Positions 28,521-37,141 are shown, counted from the first letter of the stretch. The stretch is 64,000 bases of DNA from Bryobacterales bacterium (GCA_965216545.1 OZ244172.1:1670763-1734762), one strand, 5' to 3'. Made by a program: numbers and translations. Notes: generated by a model from the sequence alone, not told the origin.

Positions 28521-29852
28521 CTACGCCCTGGGGGCCTCGTAGACGACCTTCTCGGCGCGCGGGTCCCAGAACAGCACCTTGCCCTCGCGGAAGCTCTGCA
28601 CGCCCATCGTGATGACGACTTGGGCGTGATATCCCGTGTTGGCGTCGAGATTGGGCTTCGTCCGGCTCTTGACGCAGTCGAGGAAGTTCTGCATGTGAGC
28701 GTCGACGGGCGTCTCCGCGACCGGGATATCCATCGACCGGTAGCCGAATTTCTTGATGAACTCGTCCTCGTGGATGCGCTCGGCCTTGACGGTGATGTGG
28801 TCCGTCTCGCCCTCGAAGCGCCCGTGGTCGACCATCGTGATCGTCCCCTTCTGTCCGCGGATGAGCCCCGGGATGTGAGTGGAGTTCGCCATTGACGAGC
28901 TGAGCACGAGCGAGTGGCCCTTGGGGAAGTCGGCCAGCAAGTTGAACGTGTCTGGCACTTCGCGATCGGGGAAAGCCCAGATGCCGCCGCTGGAGACGAC
29001 GCGCCGGGGGAACTGCGGCTCGCCCCAGCAGATCTGAAGCGGCGCCACCACGTGATAGAACAGGTCAGTCGCCACGCCGCCCGAGTAGTCCCAGAACTTC
29101 CGGAACCGGAAGTAGCGCTGCGGGTCGAAGTCGCGCTTGCGAGCCGGCCCGAGCCACATGTCCCAGTCAATGTAGTCGACGCCCTTGCCGTCGGGACCCG
29201 CCTCGGGCTCGATGCGCCAACCGCGACCGTTGTTGCGCTCAGGCGTCGAATTCCATTCTCCGGCGAGCGAGTTGCGGTGATAAGAGCCCTGGCTCGAGAT
29301 CAACTTGCCGATCATGCCGTCTTGGATGGCTTTGCGGGCCTTCCACCACTGATCGCGCGATGTCGTCTGCGAGCCGACTTGCAGGACTCGGCCTGTTTCC
29401 TCCACCACGCGGACGACCTGCTTGGCCTCCTCGATGGTGTGGGTCATGGGCTTCTCGAGGTAGACGTCCTTGCCCGCTCTCATCGCCTCGATCGCGATCG
29501 AGGCATGCCAGTGGTCAGGCGTGGCGACGATGACCGCATCGATGTCGTCGCGGCCGATGATCTCGCGATAGTCCAGGGTCGCGAATTCCGCTTTGGAGGT
29601 TTCCTGCGCAAGCCGCTTGCGCTTCTCGTAGACGTCGCAGACTGCCTGAATGTGGACGCCGGAGCCGCCCTCCTCCATGCCCAGCACCAGACGCATCAAG
29701 CTGGAGCCGCGCCCGCCGACGCCGATCATGCCGACTTGCACCGCTTCATTGGCGGTGCGTCGCTGCGGGGTCGCTTCCGCCGCCGAGACGCCAGCCGCGG
29801 AAGCTGCTACACCAAGGAATTGACGCCGATTCCAAACGTTGATCCGAGACAC
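28521..29852 (-). CDS. Tat-exported Gfo/Idh/MocA family oxidoreductase
   Basis: GTG start at 29852 with GGAGGG 10 nt upstream. '[20 protein letters not shown]' Tat signal. '[12 protein letters not shown]' Rossmann. The track ORF's longer N-terminus runs through an intrinsic terminator and was trimmed. Confidence 0.85.
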   Translation of the reverse strand: MSRINVWNRRQFLGVAASAAGVSAAEATPQRRTANEAVQVGMIGVGGRGSSLMRLVLGMEEGGSGVHIQAVCDVYEKRKRLAQETSKAEFATLDYREIIGRDDIDAVIVATPDHWHASIAIEAMRAGKDVYLEKPMTHTIEEAKQVVRVVEETGRVLQVGSQTTSRDQWWKARKAIQDGMIGKLISSQGSYHRNSLAGEWNSTPERNNGRGWRIEPEAGPDGKGVDYIDWDMWLGPARKRDFDPQRYFRFRKFWDYSGGVATDLFYHVVAPLQICWGEPQFPRRVVSSGGIWAFPDREVPDTFNLLADFPKGHSLVLSSSMANSTHIPGLIRGQKGTITMVDHGRFEGETDHITVKAERIHEDEFIKKFGYRSMDIPVAETPVDAHMQNFLDCVKSRTKPNLDANTGYHAQVVITMGVQSFREGKVLFWDPRAEKVVYEAPRA

Positions 29853-29875
29853 CTTCAGGAAACCCTCCGACGGCG

Positions 29876-29884
29876 ATTCTACCA
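29876..29884 (-). promoter_or_regulatory. Extended -10 element TGgTAGAAT upstream of the Gfo/Idh/MocA gene
   Basis: Minus strand reads ...ggtTGGTAGAATcgccgtcGGAGGGtttcctgaagGTG. Confidence 0.3.
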
Positions 29885-29911
29885 ACCGCGGAGGCCGCAA
29901 TGCCGCGAAGT

Positions 29912-29947
29912 AAAAAAAAATAGGCCGGTTCGACGCCCGAACCGGCC
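29912..29947 (-). terminator. Strong rho-independent terminator (minus strand): 10-bp perfect GC-rich stem, 5-nt loop, T9 run
   Basis: Minus strand reads GGCCGGTTCG-ggcgt-CGAACCGGCC-ta-TTTTTTTTT. Arms at 29923-29932 and 29938-29947. A9 on the plus strand at 29912-29920. Confidence 0.8.
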
Positions 29948-30141
29948 CATCGACAACGCTGAGCTCTGTCCCCCCGGTGAACCCAGCGTGTCGTCCCTGG
30001 TACACGAGAAGTTTGCCACGGGCCGGGAAAATCCCTCAATAGGCCGTTCGGTACAAATTGAGCATGGTACGAAAGTACCTAAGGTACTCTCGTCAATCCG
30101 CCTTGCGGGGGGCCGGGGTTCGGGAAGAGCGGGCCGAGTCT

Positions 30142-30651
30142 CTATTGCCGTCCGCGGCGGTTTTCCAGACGCCGCGGCGCGCCGGCAAGCGGCTGTACGC
30201 TGCCCTTGCCGCAAACCGCCACGCCGTTCTCCCGGAGCGCTGTCAGCAGGTTGTATAGCAACGCGTAAACGACTTGTTCGCTAAGGCTTTGCCGCCCCGG
30301 CAAGCGAAAGCCCGCGGGCAGCTCGGTCGACAGCGCAATGCGCATGCGATTCGAGATCGGTTTGCCGTCTTCGATGCAGTTGGCGACGGTGAGCGGGGTC
30401 TGGAGCACCGCGCCTGTGAGCCCGTCCACATAGAACTGGCAGCGGGAAAACCATCCCAGGTTCGAAGGTTGCGCAGCGTCGAAGAGCAGGAGCGAGTCGC
30501 CCTCGGTGGAGGGGGTCACTTCCAAGATGAGCAGGCGGGAGGTCTCCTCGATGGAGCAGTCGAAGCCAGCCTGCTGCACGAGGTTGCGGATCACGTCGTG
30601 ATCCGGCTCGAGCGCGACGAGCTGCCGGCCTCCAGCCTGCAAGAACCGCAT
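30142..30651 (-). CDS. Hypothetical protein (169 aa), no family recognised; divergent from the HipA-like/DUF3037 pair
   Basis: Unbiased, globular-looking composition (MRFLQAGGRQLVALEPDHDVIRNLVQQAGFDCSIEETSRLLILEV...). The competing ORFs on the other strand and frames are Arg/Ala/Pro-rich. No SD. A -10-like box lies 8 nt upstream. Confidence 0.6.
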   Translation of the reverse strand: MRFLQAGGRQLVALEPDHDVIRNLVQQAGFDCSIEETSRLLILEVTPSTEGDSLLLFDAAQPSNLGWFSRCQFYVDGLTGAVLQTPLTVANCIEDGKPISNRMRIALSTELPAGFRLPGRQSLSEQVVYALLYNLLTALRENGVAVCGKGSVQPLAGAPRRLENRRGRQ

Positions 30652-30659
30652 ATGGGCTG

Positions 30660-30668
30660 ATCATACCA
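30660..30668 (-). promoter_or_regulatory. Extended -10 element TGgTATGAT 8 nt upstream of the ATG at 30651 (suggests a leaderless mRNA)
   Basis: Minus strand reads cgaacggTGGTATGATcagcccatATG. Confidence 0.35.
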
Positions 30669-30744
30669 CCGTTCGGGGCGGGTCATTCCCCCCAGCGGCG
30701 CCGGCGGGCGATGCCGCGGCTGCGCGAGCAGGCGTCCCATTTTG

Positions 30745-30792
30745 GGACTTTCTTGGGCGGGAGCTGGCAGGCGCCTAGAAAGTCCGTATAAT
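30745..30792 (+). promoter_or_regulatory. Promoter of the kinase/DUF3037 operon: CTGGCA-17 nt-TATAAT bracketed by a perfect 9-bp inverted repeat (candidate operator)
   Basis: GGACTTTCT at 30745-30753 and AGAAAGTCC at 30777-30785, with a 23-nt spacer containing the -35-like CTGGCA at 30764-30769. TATAAT at 30787-30792. GGAGG SD at 30830-30834. GTG at 30840. Confidence 0.45.
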
Positions 30793-30839
30793 GGCCGCCT
30801 GACGTCGGCCCAGAGAGCCTGGGGCCGCCGGAGGCTACC

Positions 30840-31718
30840 GTGGCTGTCCTCGCGTGCGAGCACATCAAGAAGATGCGCGGCGGTTCGAGCGCGCACTTGT
30901 TGCTCGCCGAGGATGGCCGCTATTACGTGGTCAAGTTCCGCGACAATCCGCAGCACGCGCGCATCCTCGTCAACGAGCTGATTTGCTATGTACTGTTGGA
31001 CTACCTCGGGCTGCCGACGCCGGAGTGGACGATCGTCGACGTTCCGGACTGGCTCGTCGAGGGCACGCCTGAGATGACGCTCGAGTTTGGCAGAGACTCG
31101 CGACCGTGCATGCCGGGGCTGCACTTCGGCTCACGCTACCCCGTGGATCCGGCGCGGCAGGCGGTCTACGACTACGTGCCGTTGAGCTTGCTGCGCTTGG
31201 TGGTCAACCGCGAAACATTCCTGGGCATGGTCGCTTTCGACAAGTGGGTCTCCAACGCAGACGGACGGCAGGCGATCTTCTTCCGCGCTCGCGCCGGAGA
31301 GTGGCTTTCGCCCGAGCGGCTCGAAGCGGACCCCGAACATGGACCAAGGTCTCTGGTTTACGTCGTCAACATGATCGACCACGGCTTCGCGTTCAATGCG
31401 CAGCATTGGGACTTTTCTGAGAATCCTGAGCAGGGCCTCTATACCAGGCGGGAGGTCTATGACGGCGTTCGGGGATACGACGATTTCGAGCCCTGGCTGA
31501 GCCGCATCCTCAACATGCCGCCGGCTGTGCTCGACGACGCTTTCAAGTACGTGCCGACGCAGTGGTATGAGCGCCAGTGGGATGAGCTCGAGTCGCTGTT
31601 GGAGCGGCTCTATGCGCGCCGGTCCGAGACGCCGGAGCTGATTCGCAAGAGCAAGCTCGCCGCGCGCGATCCGTTTCCTCAATGGCGGCTCGCAGCCGCT
31701 TCGAAGGGGGCGCGGTAG
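30840..31718 (+). CDS. HipA-like (protein-kinase-like fold) kinase family protein
   Basis: Motif order of a HipA/PI3-4K-like kinase. Gly-rich 'KKMRGGSSAHLL' (aa 11-22). 'YYVVKF' Lys (aa 28-33). 'FDKWVSNADGRQAIFF' (aa 133-148), compare HipA 'DGHAKNF'. 'MIDHGFAF' (aa 178-185, DxG Mg-binding-like). GTG start with GGAGG 5 nt upstream. Confidence 0.75.
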   Translation: MAVLACEHIKKMRGGSSAHLLLAEDGRYYVVKFRDNPQHARILVNELICYVLLDYLGLPTPEWTIVDVPDWLVEGTPEMTLEFGRDSRPCMPGLHFGSRYPVDPARQAVYDYVPLSLLRLVVNRETFLGMVAFDKWVSNADGRQAIFFRARAGEWLSPERLEADPEHGPRSLVYVVNMIDHGFAFNAQHWDFSENPEQGLYTRREVYDGVRGYDDFEPWLSRILNMPPAVLDDAFKYVPTQWYERQWDELESLLERLYARRSETPELIRKSKLAARDPFPQWRLAAASKGAR

Positions 31719-32510
31719 ATGGCCGAGCTCAGCCGCTACTACTACCGTTTGCTGCGCTACGTCCCGCGCGCGGAGGCTGGCGAGCTCTACAACGTTGCGG
31801 TGCTCTGCTACGACGAACGAGGGCGCGTCGTCGACGCCCGCTTTACGCCCGATTTCGATCGCATGCGCTGCAACCCGGCCGCCGACCTGGAATTTCTCGG
31901 ACGACTTCGCGGCGAGTTCGAAGACGCCCTGATCCTCGGGGAAGGCTTTACCGAGTACGCCACGGAGCTGACGGACCCAGAGCGGAATGATTTCGACGCG
32001 ACCGAGCCGAAGGTTTTTGGGACGACCGATCTATCCTCATGGATCGTCGACTTCACCGCCCGCAAGTTGGCCACCCAGCCGCCCCTCGAAGACGGGCGGG
32101 CGGAGAGGAGCCGCGGCGTGGGCCGAAGCGCGGTGCGGCATCGCATGAGCGAGACCTTCGCGCAACACGGCCTTTTTCTCAACGGGCACGGTATGCAGCG
32201 TGATGTACACGTCAAGTACGGAGAGCCGGTCGATGAGTTCGTTTTTGACTTCGGCTATGCCAGCCAGACGAAAGAGCAGCACTTTTTGCAGGCGATGGGC
32301 CTGCGGGGCGCCAAGACCGAGGCTCGCAGCTTGATTCTGGTGCTGCAGGAGTGCGGCGGCGTCGGGGAGCTAACCGTCGTAGCCGACGACGCGCTGGGAG
32401 ACGACGTCCGCAACATGCTCAGCGTGCGCGGCGTCGGGGCGGTCAACTTGTCCGCGATCGACACCTACGCCGGCACGATCCGCGAAAAGATGGGGCTGGG
32501 CCCGCGGTAG
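31719..32510 (+). CDS. DUF3037 domain-containing protein
   Basis: ATG directly abuts the kinase stop codon (TAG 31716-31718, ATG 31719-31721). The N-terminus 'YYYRLLRYVPRAEAGELYNVAVLCYDERG' is the DUF3037 signature as I recall it (y.y.lRYvPd..rgEf.NvGvvl). The C-terminal half is unrecognised. Confidence 0.7.
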   Translation: MAELSRYYYRLLRYVPRAEAGELYNVAVLCYDERGRVVDARFTPDFDRMRCNPAADLEFLGRLRGEFEDALILGEGFTEYATELTDPERNDFDATEPKVFGTTDLSSWIVDFTARKLATQPPLEDGRAERSRGVGRSAVRHRMSETFAQHGLFLNGHGMQRDVHVKYGEPVDEFVFDFGYASQTKEQHFLQAMGLRGAKTEARSLILVLQECGGVGELTVVADDALGDDVRNMLSVRGVGAVNLSAIDTYAGTIREKMGLGPR

Positions 32511-32530
32511 GGCATCCCAGGCTAAGGCGC

Positions 32531-32588
32531 GACGTTGCGGTGGCGCTCGACCTCCCGAACTCCCGAGGTGGAGACCACGGTCAACGTC
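32531..32588. terminator. Long imperfect hairpin between the convergent DUF3037 and sugar-isomerase genes
   Basis: GACGTTGCGGTGG (32531-32543) pairs with CCACGGTCAACGTC (32575-32588), with an inner CCTC...GAGG pairing. No U-tract. Confidence 0.4.
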
Positions 32589-32605
32589 GCCCTCACGTTG
32601 GGCGA

Positions 32606-33472
32606 CTATCCAAACAGCTCGCGGAAGGCTGGAAACGAGTTGCGGAAGCCATCCTCGAACGTGCCGTCGTCGGGCCGGTACACGCTCTCGAACGAGACGA
32701 CACCGGAGTAGCCGTCACGCTCGAGCGCGGCGGCTACCTCGCGGTAGTACGCGATCATCTCGCCTTCGCCGAAGCGGCGCTGATCGACCGTCGCCTTGGG
32801 GATGTCGACGGTCAAGTCCTTTACGTGCAGATGGCCGAGGAAGCCGCCTCGCAAAGCCGCGTAGCCGTCCGGGTAGGCGGGCTCGTTGCAGAACAGGCTG
32901 TTGCCGGGGTCCCACAGGATCTTCAGCCGGTCACTGCCCATCTCCTCGACGAGCTTACGCCCGAGCCAGGCGGAGTTGATGATGGCGTTGTTGCCGGTCT
33001 CGACAACCAGCGTGACGTCTCGGTCTTCGGCAAGCTGCACGGCCGGCGCGAGCAGCGCCCGGAGCTTCTCCCACGCGCCTCGAGAGACGACCCAGTGCTC
33101 GGAGCCGTTCGAGCCGAACAAGATCATCTCCTTGCGGAAGCTCATGATGCGCACCAAGCCACACTCGAGGGCCTTAGCGGTGTCGATGCAGCGGCCGAGC
33201 GCATCCATATGCCGCGAGTGGTTGGCGTCGCCCGCCTCGGTTTCGCCAACGAGCATGCCGACGAAGTTGTGTCGCGAGATGCAACAGACCTGCATGCCGC
33301 GCCGTTGAACGAGGTCCTGGACGCGGCCAATCTCGGCGTCGTCGAGGTCGCCGACTTCCTTGTCCCACAGAAACTGCAGCTCAGCCTGGCGCAGGCCATG
33401 CTCGCTCATCACGTCGAGCGCGTGCTCGAGCTCGCGGCTGATGCCGTCGGTGATGACTCCTAACTCCGCCAT
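32606..33472 (-). CDS. Sugar phosphate isomerase/epimerase (xylose isomerase-like TIM barrel) family protein
   Basis: 288 aa with alternating beta/alpha pattern. 'LVVETGNNAI' and 'HLHVKD' metal-ligand blocks typical of the AP endonuclease 2 / xylose isomerase-like TIM family. Confidence 0.8.
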   Translation of the reverse strand: MAELGVITDGISRELEHALDVMSEHGLRQAELQFLWDKEVGDLDDAEIGRVQDLVQRRGMQVCCISRHNFVGMLVGETEAGDANHSRHMDALGRCIDTAKALECGLVRIMSFRKEMILFGSNGSEHWVVSRGAWEKLRALLAPAVQLAEDRDVTLVVETGNNAIINSAWLGRKLVEEMGSDRLKILWDPGNSLFCNEPAYPDGYAALRGGFLGHLHVKDLTVDIPKATVDQRRFGEGEMIAYYREVAAALERDGYSGVVSFESVYRPDDGTFEDGFRNSFPAFRELFG

Positions 33473-33485
33473 CGGATGTCCTCTC

Positions 33486-34376
33486 CTACCAGGTCGCCTC
33501 GGTTCCTGCGATCTCCTCGAGCCACTTGACGATCGACCAGTTGTCGCCTTCGGGGAAGCGCGAGACGCCGGCCTGGAACATCTCGTAGGCGGCGCTGGTG
33601 GCGAACATGGCCGCGCCAGCCTCCCGGGCGACGCTCATCGTGATGCCGAGGTCCTTGTACATGGTGCCGATGTGGCTGCCGGTGTTCTCGAATTTGCGGT
33701 CTAGGATCAGGCGCGCGCAGTTCTCGAACAGCGGGCTGCCAACAGCGCTCGACTGGATGACGTTGAACAGAGTCTCGCCCTTGACTCCGGCTTTGTGACC
33801 CATCACGAGCGTCTCGAAGGTGGCGGCGAAGGTGCAGCCGATCATCGCTTGCAGCGCGGCCTTGACGGTCTGGCCTTGGCCGATCTGCTCGCCGACGTGG
33901 AAGACGACCTTCGAGATCGCGTCGAATGCGTCACGGTTGGCTTCGAGCGCGTCCGGCGCGGCGGCGGTCATCAAAGTGAGGGCGCCGTTCTCCGCTCCGG
34001 GCTTGCCGCCCGATACAGGGGAGTCGATCAGCCTGACGCCACTGGCGGCCAGCGGCTCTTCGAGCGCGCGGACCTCCGAGGGCAAAATCGTAGCGGTGAC
34101 GATGACGGTATTCCCCGACTCCAGACCTTCGAGCAGGCCGCCCGGGCCGAGCACGGCCTCGTGCGCCTGCTTCCCGTTGAGCACCATTACGAAAACGGTT
34201 TCGCACGCTGCGCCGAGCTCGGCGCAGCTCTCGGCGCGCTTGCCGCCCGACCCTTCGAGCATCGCCATCCGCTCGTCGCGCGGGTCGTAGCCGTGGACCG
34301 TGAAGCCGGCCCCAAGCAGATTGCGGGCGATGCCGATGCCCATGTCGCCTAGTCCGATGACTCCGAGTGATCTCAT
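33486..34376 (-). CDS. NAD(P)-dependent 3-hydroxyisobutyrate dehydrogenase-family oxidoreductase (sugar-acid dehydrogenase type)
   Basis: Start set at '[31 protein letters not shown]' (Rossmann GxGxxG at the N-terminus). '[15 protein letters not shown]' block. The upstream 57 codons of the track ORF were rejected. Confidence 0.85.
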   Translation of the reverse strand: MRSLGVIGLGDMGIGIARNLLGAGFTVHGYDPRDERMAMLEGSGGKRAESCAELGAACETVFVMVLNGKQAHEAVLGPGGLLEGLESGNTVIVTATILPSEVRALEEPLAASGVRLIDSPVSGGKPGAENGALTLMTAAAPDALEANRDAFDAISKVVFHVGEQIGQGQTVKAALQAMIGCTFAATFETLVMGHKAGVKGETLFNVIQSSAVGSPLFENCARLILDRKFENTGSHIGTMYKDLGITMSVAREAGAAMFATSAAYEMFQAGVSRFPEGDNWSIVKWLEEIAGTEATW

Positions 34377-34528
34377 CCGATATATCCGTTCTCGCGGCGC
34401 GCGCGCGATGGCAAAGGGGCAGCATAGCGCATCCATGCGCCGCCGCTGCGCGGTTGCGAGCGGGGCGAGCCGCGGGCCACACTGAACGGGGCGTGCGGCG
34501 GCTGGTCGCGCGCGGAAAAACCAACCTG

Positions 34529-36847
34529 ATGGCGCGCATCGTTCCAATCCTCGTTCTGTTTGCGGTGCTGCCGCTGACCGGCCAGCCGGCGCTGTGGTAT
34601 GACGAGCCCGCCGCCGGATGGCTCGAAGCCTTGCCGGTCGGGAACGGACGGCTGGGCGGCATGGTGTTCGGACGTACCGAAAAGGAACGCATCCAGCTCA
34701 ACGAGGATTCGCTCTGGGCAGGCTCGCCGATCGAGCGCGATCGCAAAGGCGCCTACGAGCATCTGCCCGAGATTCGGCGGCTGCTGTTCGCGGGCCGCTA
34801 CGTCGAGGCCGAGCAGCTCGTCGAGCGGGAGATCATGGGCGAGCGCATCTATCCGCGGGGATACCAGACCCTTGGCGATCTGTGGATGGAGACGGATCCG
34901 GCGCAGAACGTGGCGAGCTACCGCCGCGAGCTCGATCTAGGCGCCGGCATCGCTCGTACCGAGTGGCGCGATCGCGGGATGCGTCTCGAGCGCGAGGTAT
35001 TTGCCAGCGTGCCGGCGCAGGCGTTGGTGGTGCGCTACGGGAGTGATCAACCCGGGGGCGTTTCGGTGCGCTTGCGGCTGGACCGCGTGACCGACGCCGA
35101 GTCGTCGGCATCCGGCGATACGTTGATGCTGCGAGGGCGCGCGACCCATGATGGCGAGCATCCCGGGGTGCGCTTCGAAGCGCGCGCCCGCGCCGTCGTC
35201 GAGGGCGGCAGCGTCGTGGCGGAAGGCGACGCGTTGCGGGTGCGCGGCGCGGACGCGCTGACCGTTGTGTTGGTCGCGGCTACGAGCTATCGCGGCGAGC
35301 AGGCGTTGGCCGAGCTTGGCAAGCGGCTGGACGCCGTCTCGAAGCGAAGTTTCGACGATCTACACGCAGAGCACGTGGCCGACCACAGACGTCTATTCGA
35401 CCGCGTCTCGCTCCAGCTCGGCGGCGAGGACCAGCGCGCGAAGCCGACCGACGACCGCTTGGCGGCGATGCGCGCCGGCGGCGACGACCCGGACCTGCTG
35501 GCGACTTACTTTCAGTACGGCCGCTACCTGCTGATGGGCTCTTCGCGGCCTGGCTCGCTACCGGCCAACCTGCAAGGGCTGTGGAGCCACCACATCGAAG
35601 CGCCGTGGAACGTCGACTACCACATCAACGTGAACGTGCAGATGAACTACTGGCCGGCCGAGGCGACGAACCTCTCCGAGCTGCACGAGCCGTTGTTCGA
35701 TCTGATTGACAACCTGCGCCCGCGCGGGCGCAAGACGGCGCGAGACGTCTACAATGCGCGCGGTTTCGTGGCGCACCACACGACCGACGCATGGTGGTGG
35801 ACGAGCCCAATCGGGCGCGCCCAATATGGCATGTGGCCTACCGGCGCAGCCTGGCTGGCGGCGCACCTGTGGGAGCGCTACCTGTTCACCGGCGACCGGG
35901 AGTTCTTGCGCAATCGCGCCTATCCGGCTCTCAGAGAAGCGTCCGAATTCTTTCTCGACTGGCTCGTCGAGAACCCCAAGACCGGCAAGCTCGTCAGCGG
36001 GCCCTCAACATCGCCCGAGAACCCGTTCAAGACGCCCGACGGGCTGGCGCGGCTGACCATGGGCCCGGCGATGGATCAGCAGATCATCCATCAACTGTTC
36101 TCGAATACGCTGAACTCGGCGGAGGTATTGGGCGTCAACGACGATTTCGTACGCGAGGTGCGCGAAAAACGGGAGCGGCTCGCGGGCCCGCGGATCGATG
36201 CGGCGGGCCGGTTGATGGAATGGCCGGAGCCGCTGGAGGCCGGAAATCCCGGACATCGGCACATCTCGCACGCCTACGCGCTGCACCCGGGATCGCAGAT
36301 CACCTTGCGCGGCTCGCCCGAGCTCGCCGCTGCGATTCGCAAGACCATCGAGCACCGGCTGGCCAACGGGGGCGGCCACACCGGCTGGAGCCGCGCGTGG
36401 CTCATCAACTTGTGGGCGAGGCTGGAGGACGGCGAAAAGGCGCACGAGAATCTGCAGGCGCTTTTGCGCAAGTCGACGCTTTCGAACCTCTTTGACACCC
36501 ACCCGCCGTTCCAGATCGACGGCAACTTCGGCGGCACGGCGGCCGTCGCCGAGATGTTGCTGCAGTCGCATGCCGACGAGCTACACCTGTTGGCGGCTCT
36601 GCCGCGGGCCTGGCCGAGCGGCTCGGTTCGCGGGCTGCGTGCGCGGGGCGGCTTCGAAGTCTCGATCGATTGGCGGGACGGCAAGCTGGCGCGCGCCGAG
36701 ATCCGCTCGCTGCTCGGAGAGCGTTGCCGCCTGCGCGGTGCGCAGCGAGTGACGAGCGAAGGCCGGCCGGTCGCGGTCGAGCGGCGCTCGGACGGCGCGG
36801 TCGAATTTCCCACCGAGCGAGGCGCCGTCTACGTCGCCACGCGCTAG
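34529..36847 (+). CDS. Glycoside hydrolase family 95 (alpha-L-fucosidase-like)
   Basis: Start at '[19 protein letters not shown]' (signal). '[27 protein letters not shown]...[13 protein letters not shown]' is the GH95 N-terminal signature. '[18 protein letters not shown]' and '[19 protein letters not shown]' catalytic-domain blocks. Confidence 0.85.
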   Translation: MARIVPILVLFAVLPLTGQPALWYDEPAAGWLEALPVGNGRLGGMVFGRTEKERIQLNEDSLWAGSPIERDRKGAYEHLPEIRRLLFAGRYVEAEQLVEREIMGERIYPRGYQTLGDLWMETDPAQNVASYRRELDLGAGIARTEWRDRGMRLEREVFASVPAQALVVRYGSDQPGGVSVRLRLDRVTDAESSASGDTLMLRGRATHDGEHPGVRFEARARAVVEGGSVVAEGDALRVRGADALTVVLVAATSYRGEQALAELGKRLDAVSKRSFDDLHAEHVADHRRLFDRVSLQLGGEDQRAKPTDDRLAAMRAGGDDPDLLATYFQYGRYLLMGSSRPGSLPANLQGLWSHHIEAPWNVDYHINVNVQMNYWPAEATNLSELHEPLFDLIDNLRPRGRKTARDVYNARGFVAHHTTDAWWWTSPIGRAQYGMWPTGAAWLAAHLWERYLFTGDREFLRNRAYPALREASEFFLDWLVENPKTGKLVSGPSTSPENPFKTPDGLARLTMGPAMDQQIIHQLFSNTLNSAEVLGVNDDFVREVREKRERLAGPRIDAAGRLMEWPEPLEAGNPGHRHISHAYALHPGSQITLRGSPELAAAIRKTIEHRLANGGGHTGWSRAWLINLWARLEDGEKAHENLQALLRKSTLSNLFDTHPPFQIDGNFGGTAAVAEMLLQSHADELHLLAALPRAWPSGSVRGLRARGGFEVSIDWRDGKLARAEIRSLLGERCRLRGAQRVTSEGRPVAVERRSDGAVEFPTERGAVYVATR

Positions 36848-36906
36848 TGTAGAGCGGACGAGATGACCGGGGATCTCTTTGCGCCGGTAGGCGCATCGCA
36901 AGAAGC

Positions 36907-37082
36907 AGCCACGGGCGCCACGCCCGTGGCATCCAGTGGAGCCGCCCCTTCACTCGGCCCTGGCAAGGGCCTGGCTACAACCGAGCGGCGCCCCCTGAAG
37001 GGCGCTCCCGGAATATCAGCGCCTTCCCGGATCCACGGGTCTCACCCGAGGCTCTTTCCTGCCTGGCGCCTTTGGCGCCCAA
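36907..37082. repeat. Multi-hairpin GC-rich extragenic repeat, copy A (inverted relative to copy B at 63024-63195)
   Basis: The reverse complement aligns with 63024-63195 over about 175 bp at roughly 70% identity by eye. Shared blocks: TTGGGCGCCAARGGCGCC, GGCAGGAWAGAGCC, CGGGTnnnACCCGTGGA, GCGCCCTnnnnGGGGCGC, AGCCAGGCCCTTGYCAGGGCCGA, CGGGCGYGGCGCCCG. Confidence 0.7.
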
Positions 37083-37141
37083 TCATACTGCGTCCGCTTC
37101 TGGCGCCTGCAGGGACTGCGGAGCCAGCACGCTAGCCCGCG

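Noticed and set aside
30050-30087. GGTAC pentamers spaced 16-17 nt apart, considered as a type III antitoxin-like tandem RNA repeat or a mini CRISPR-like array next to the kinase cassette
   Set aside because: Apart from the pentamer, the 16-17-nt units share no sequence, and the periodicity is not continued at 30016 or 30033. I kept it only as a motif-enrichment observation.
30058-30258. 66-aa plus-strand ORF, considered as a small antitoxin gene for the kinase
   Set aside because: It has no SD and an Arg/Ala-rich translation. Its 3' half is antisense to the end of the better-supported 169-aa gene, and it is 580 bp away from the kinase on the far side of that gene.
28914-30284. 456-aa plus-strand ORF spanning the Gfo/Idh/MocA gene, the terminator and the 3' end of the orphan gene
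   Set aside because: It is antisense to a well-supported Tat-exported oxidoreductase, crosses an intrinsic terminator and an AT-rich non-coding stretch, and has Arg/Ala/Asp/Leu-biased composition.
30142-30651. The 169-aa protein as a HipB-like HTH antitoxin
   Set aside because: I cannot find a helix-turn-helix-like segment or any Xre/Cro-type pattern in it. Its role is left open rather than called an antitoxin.
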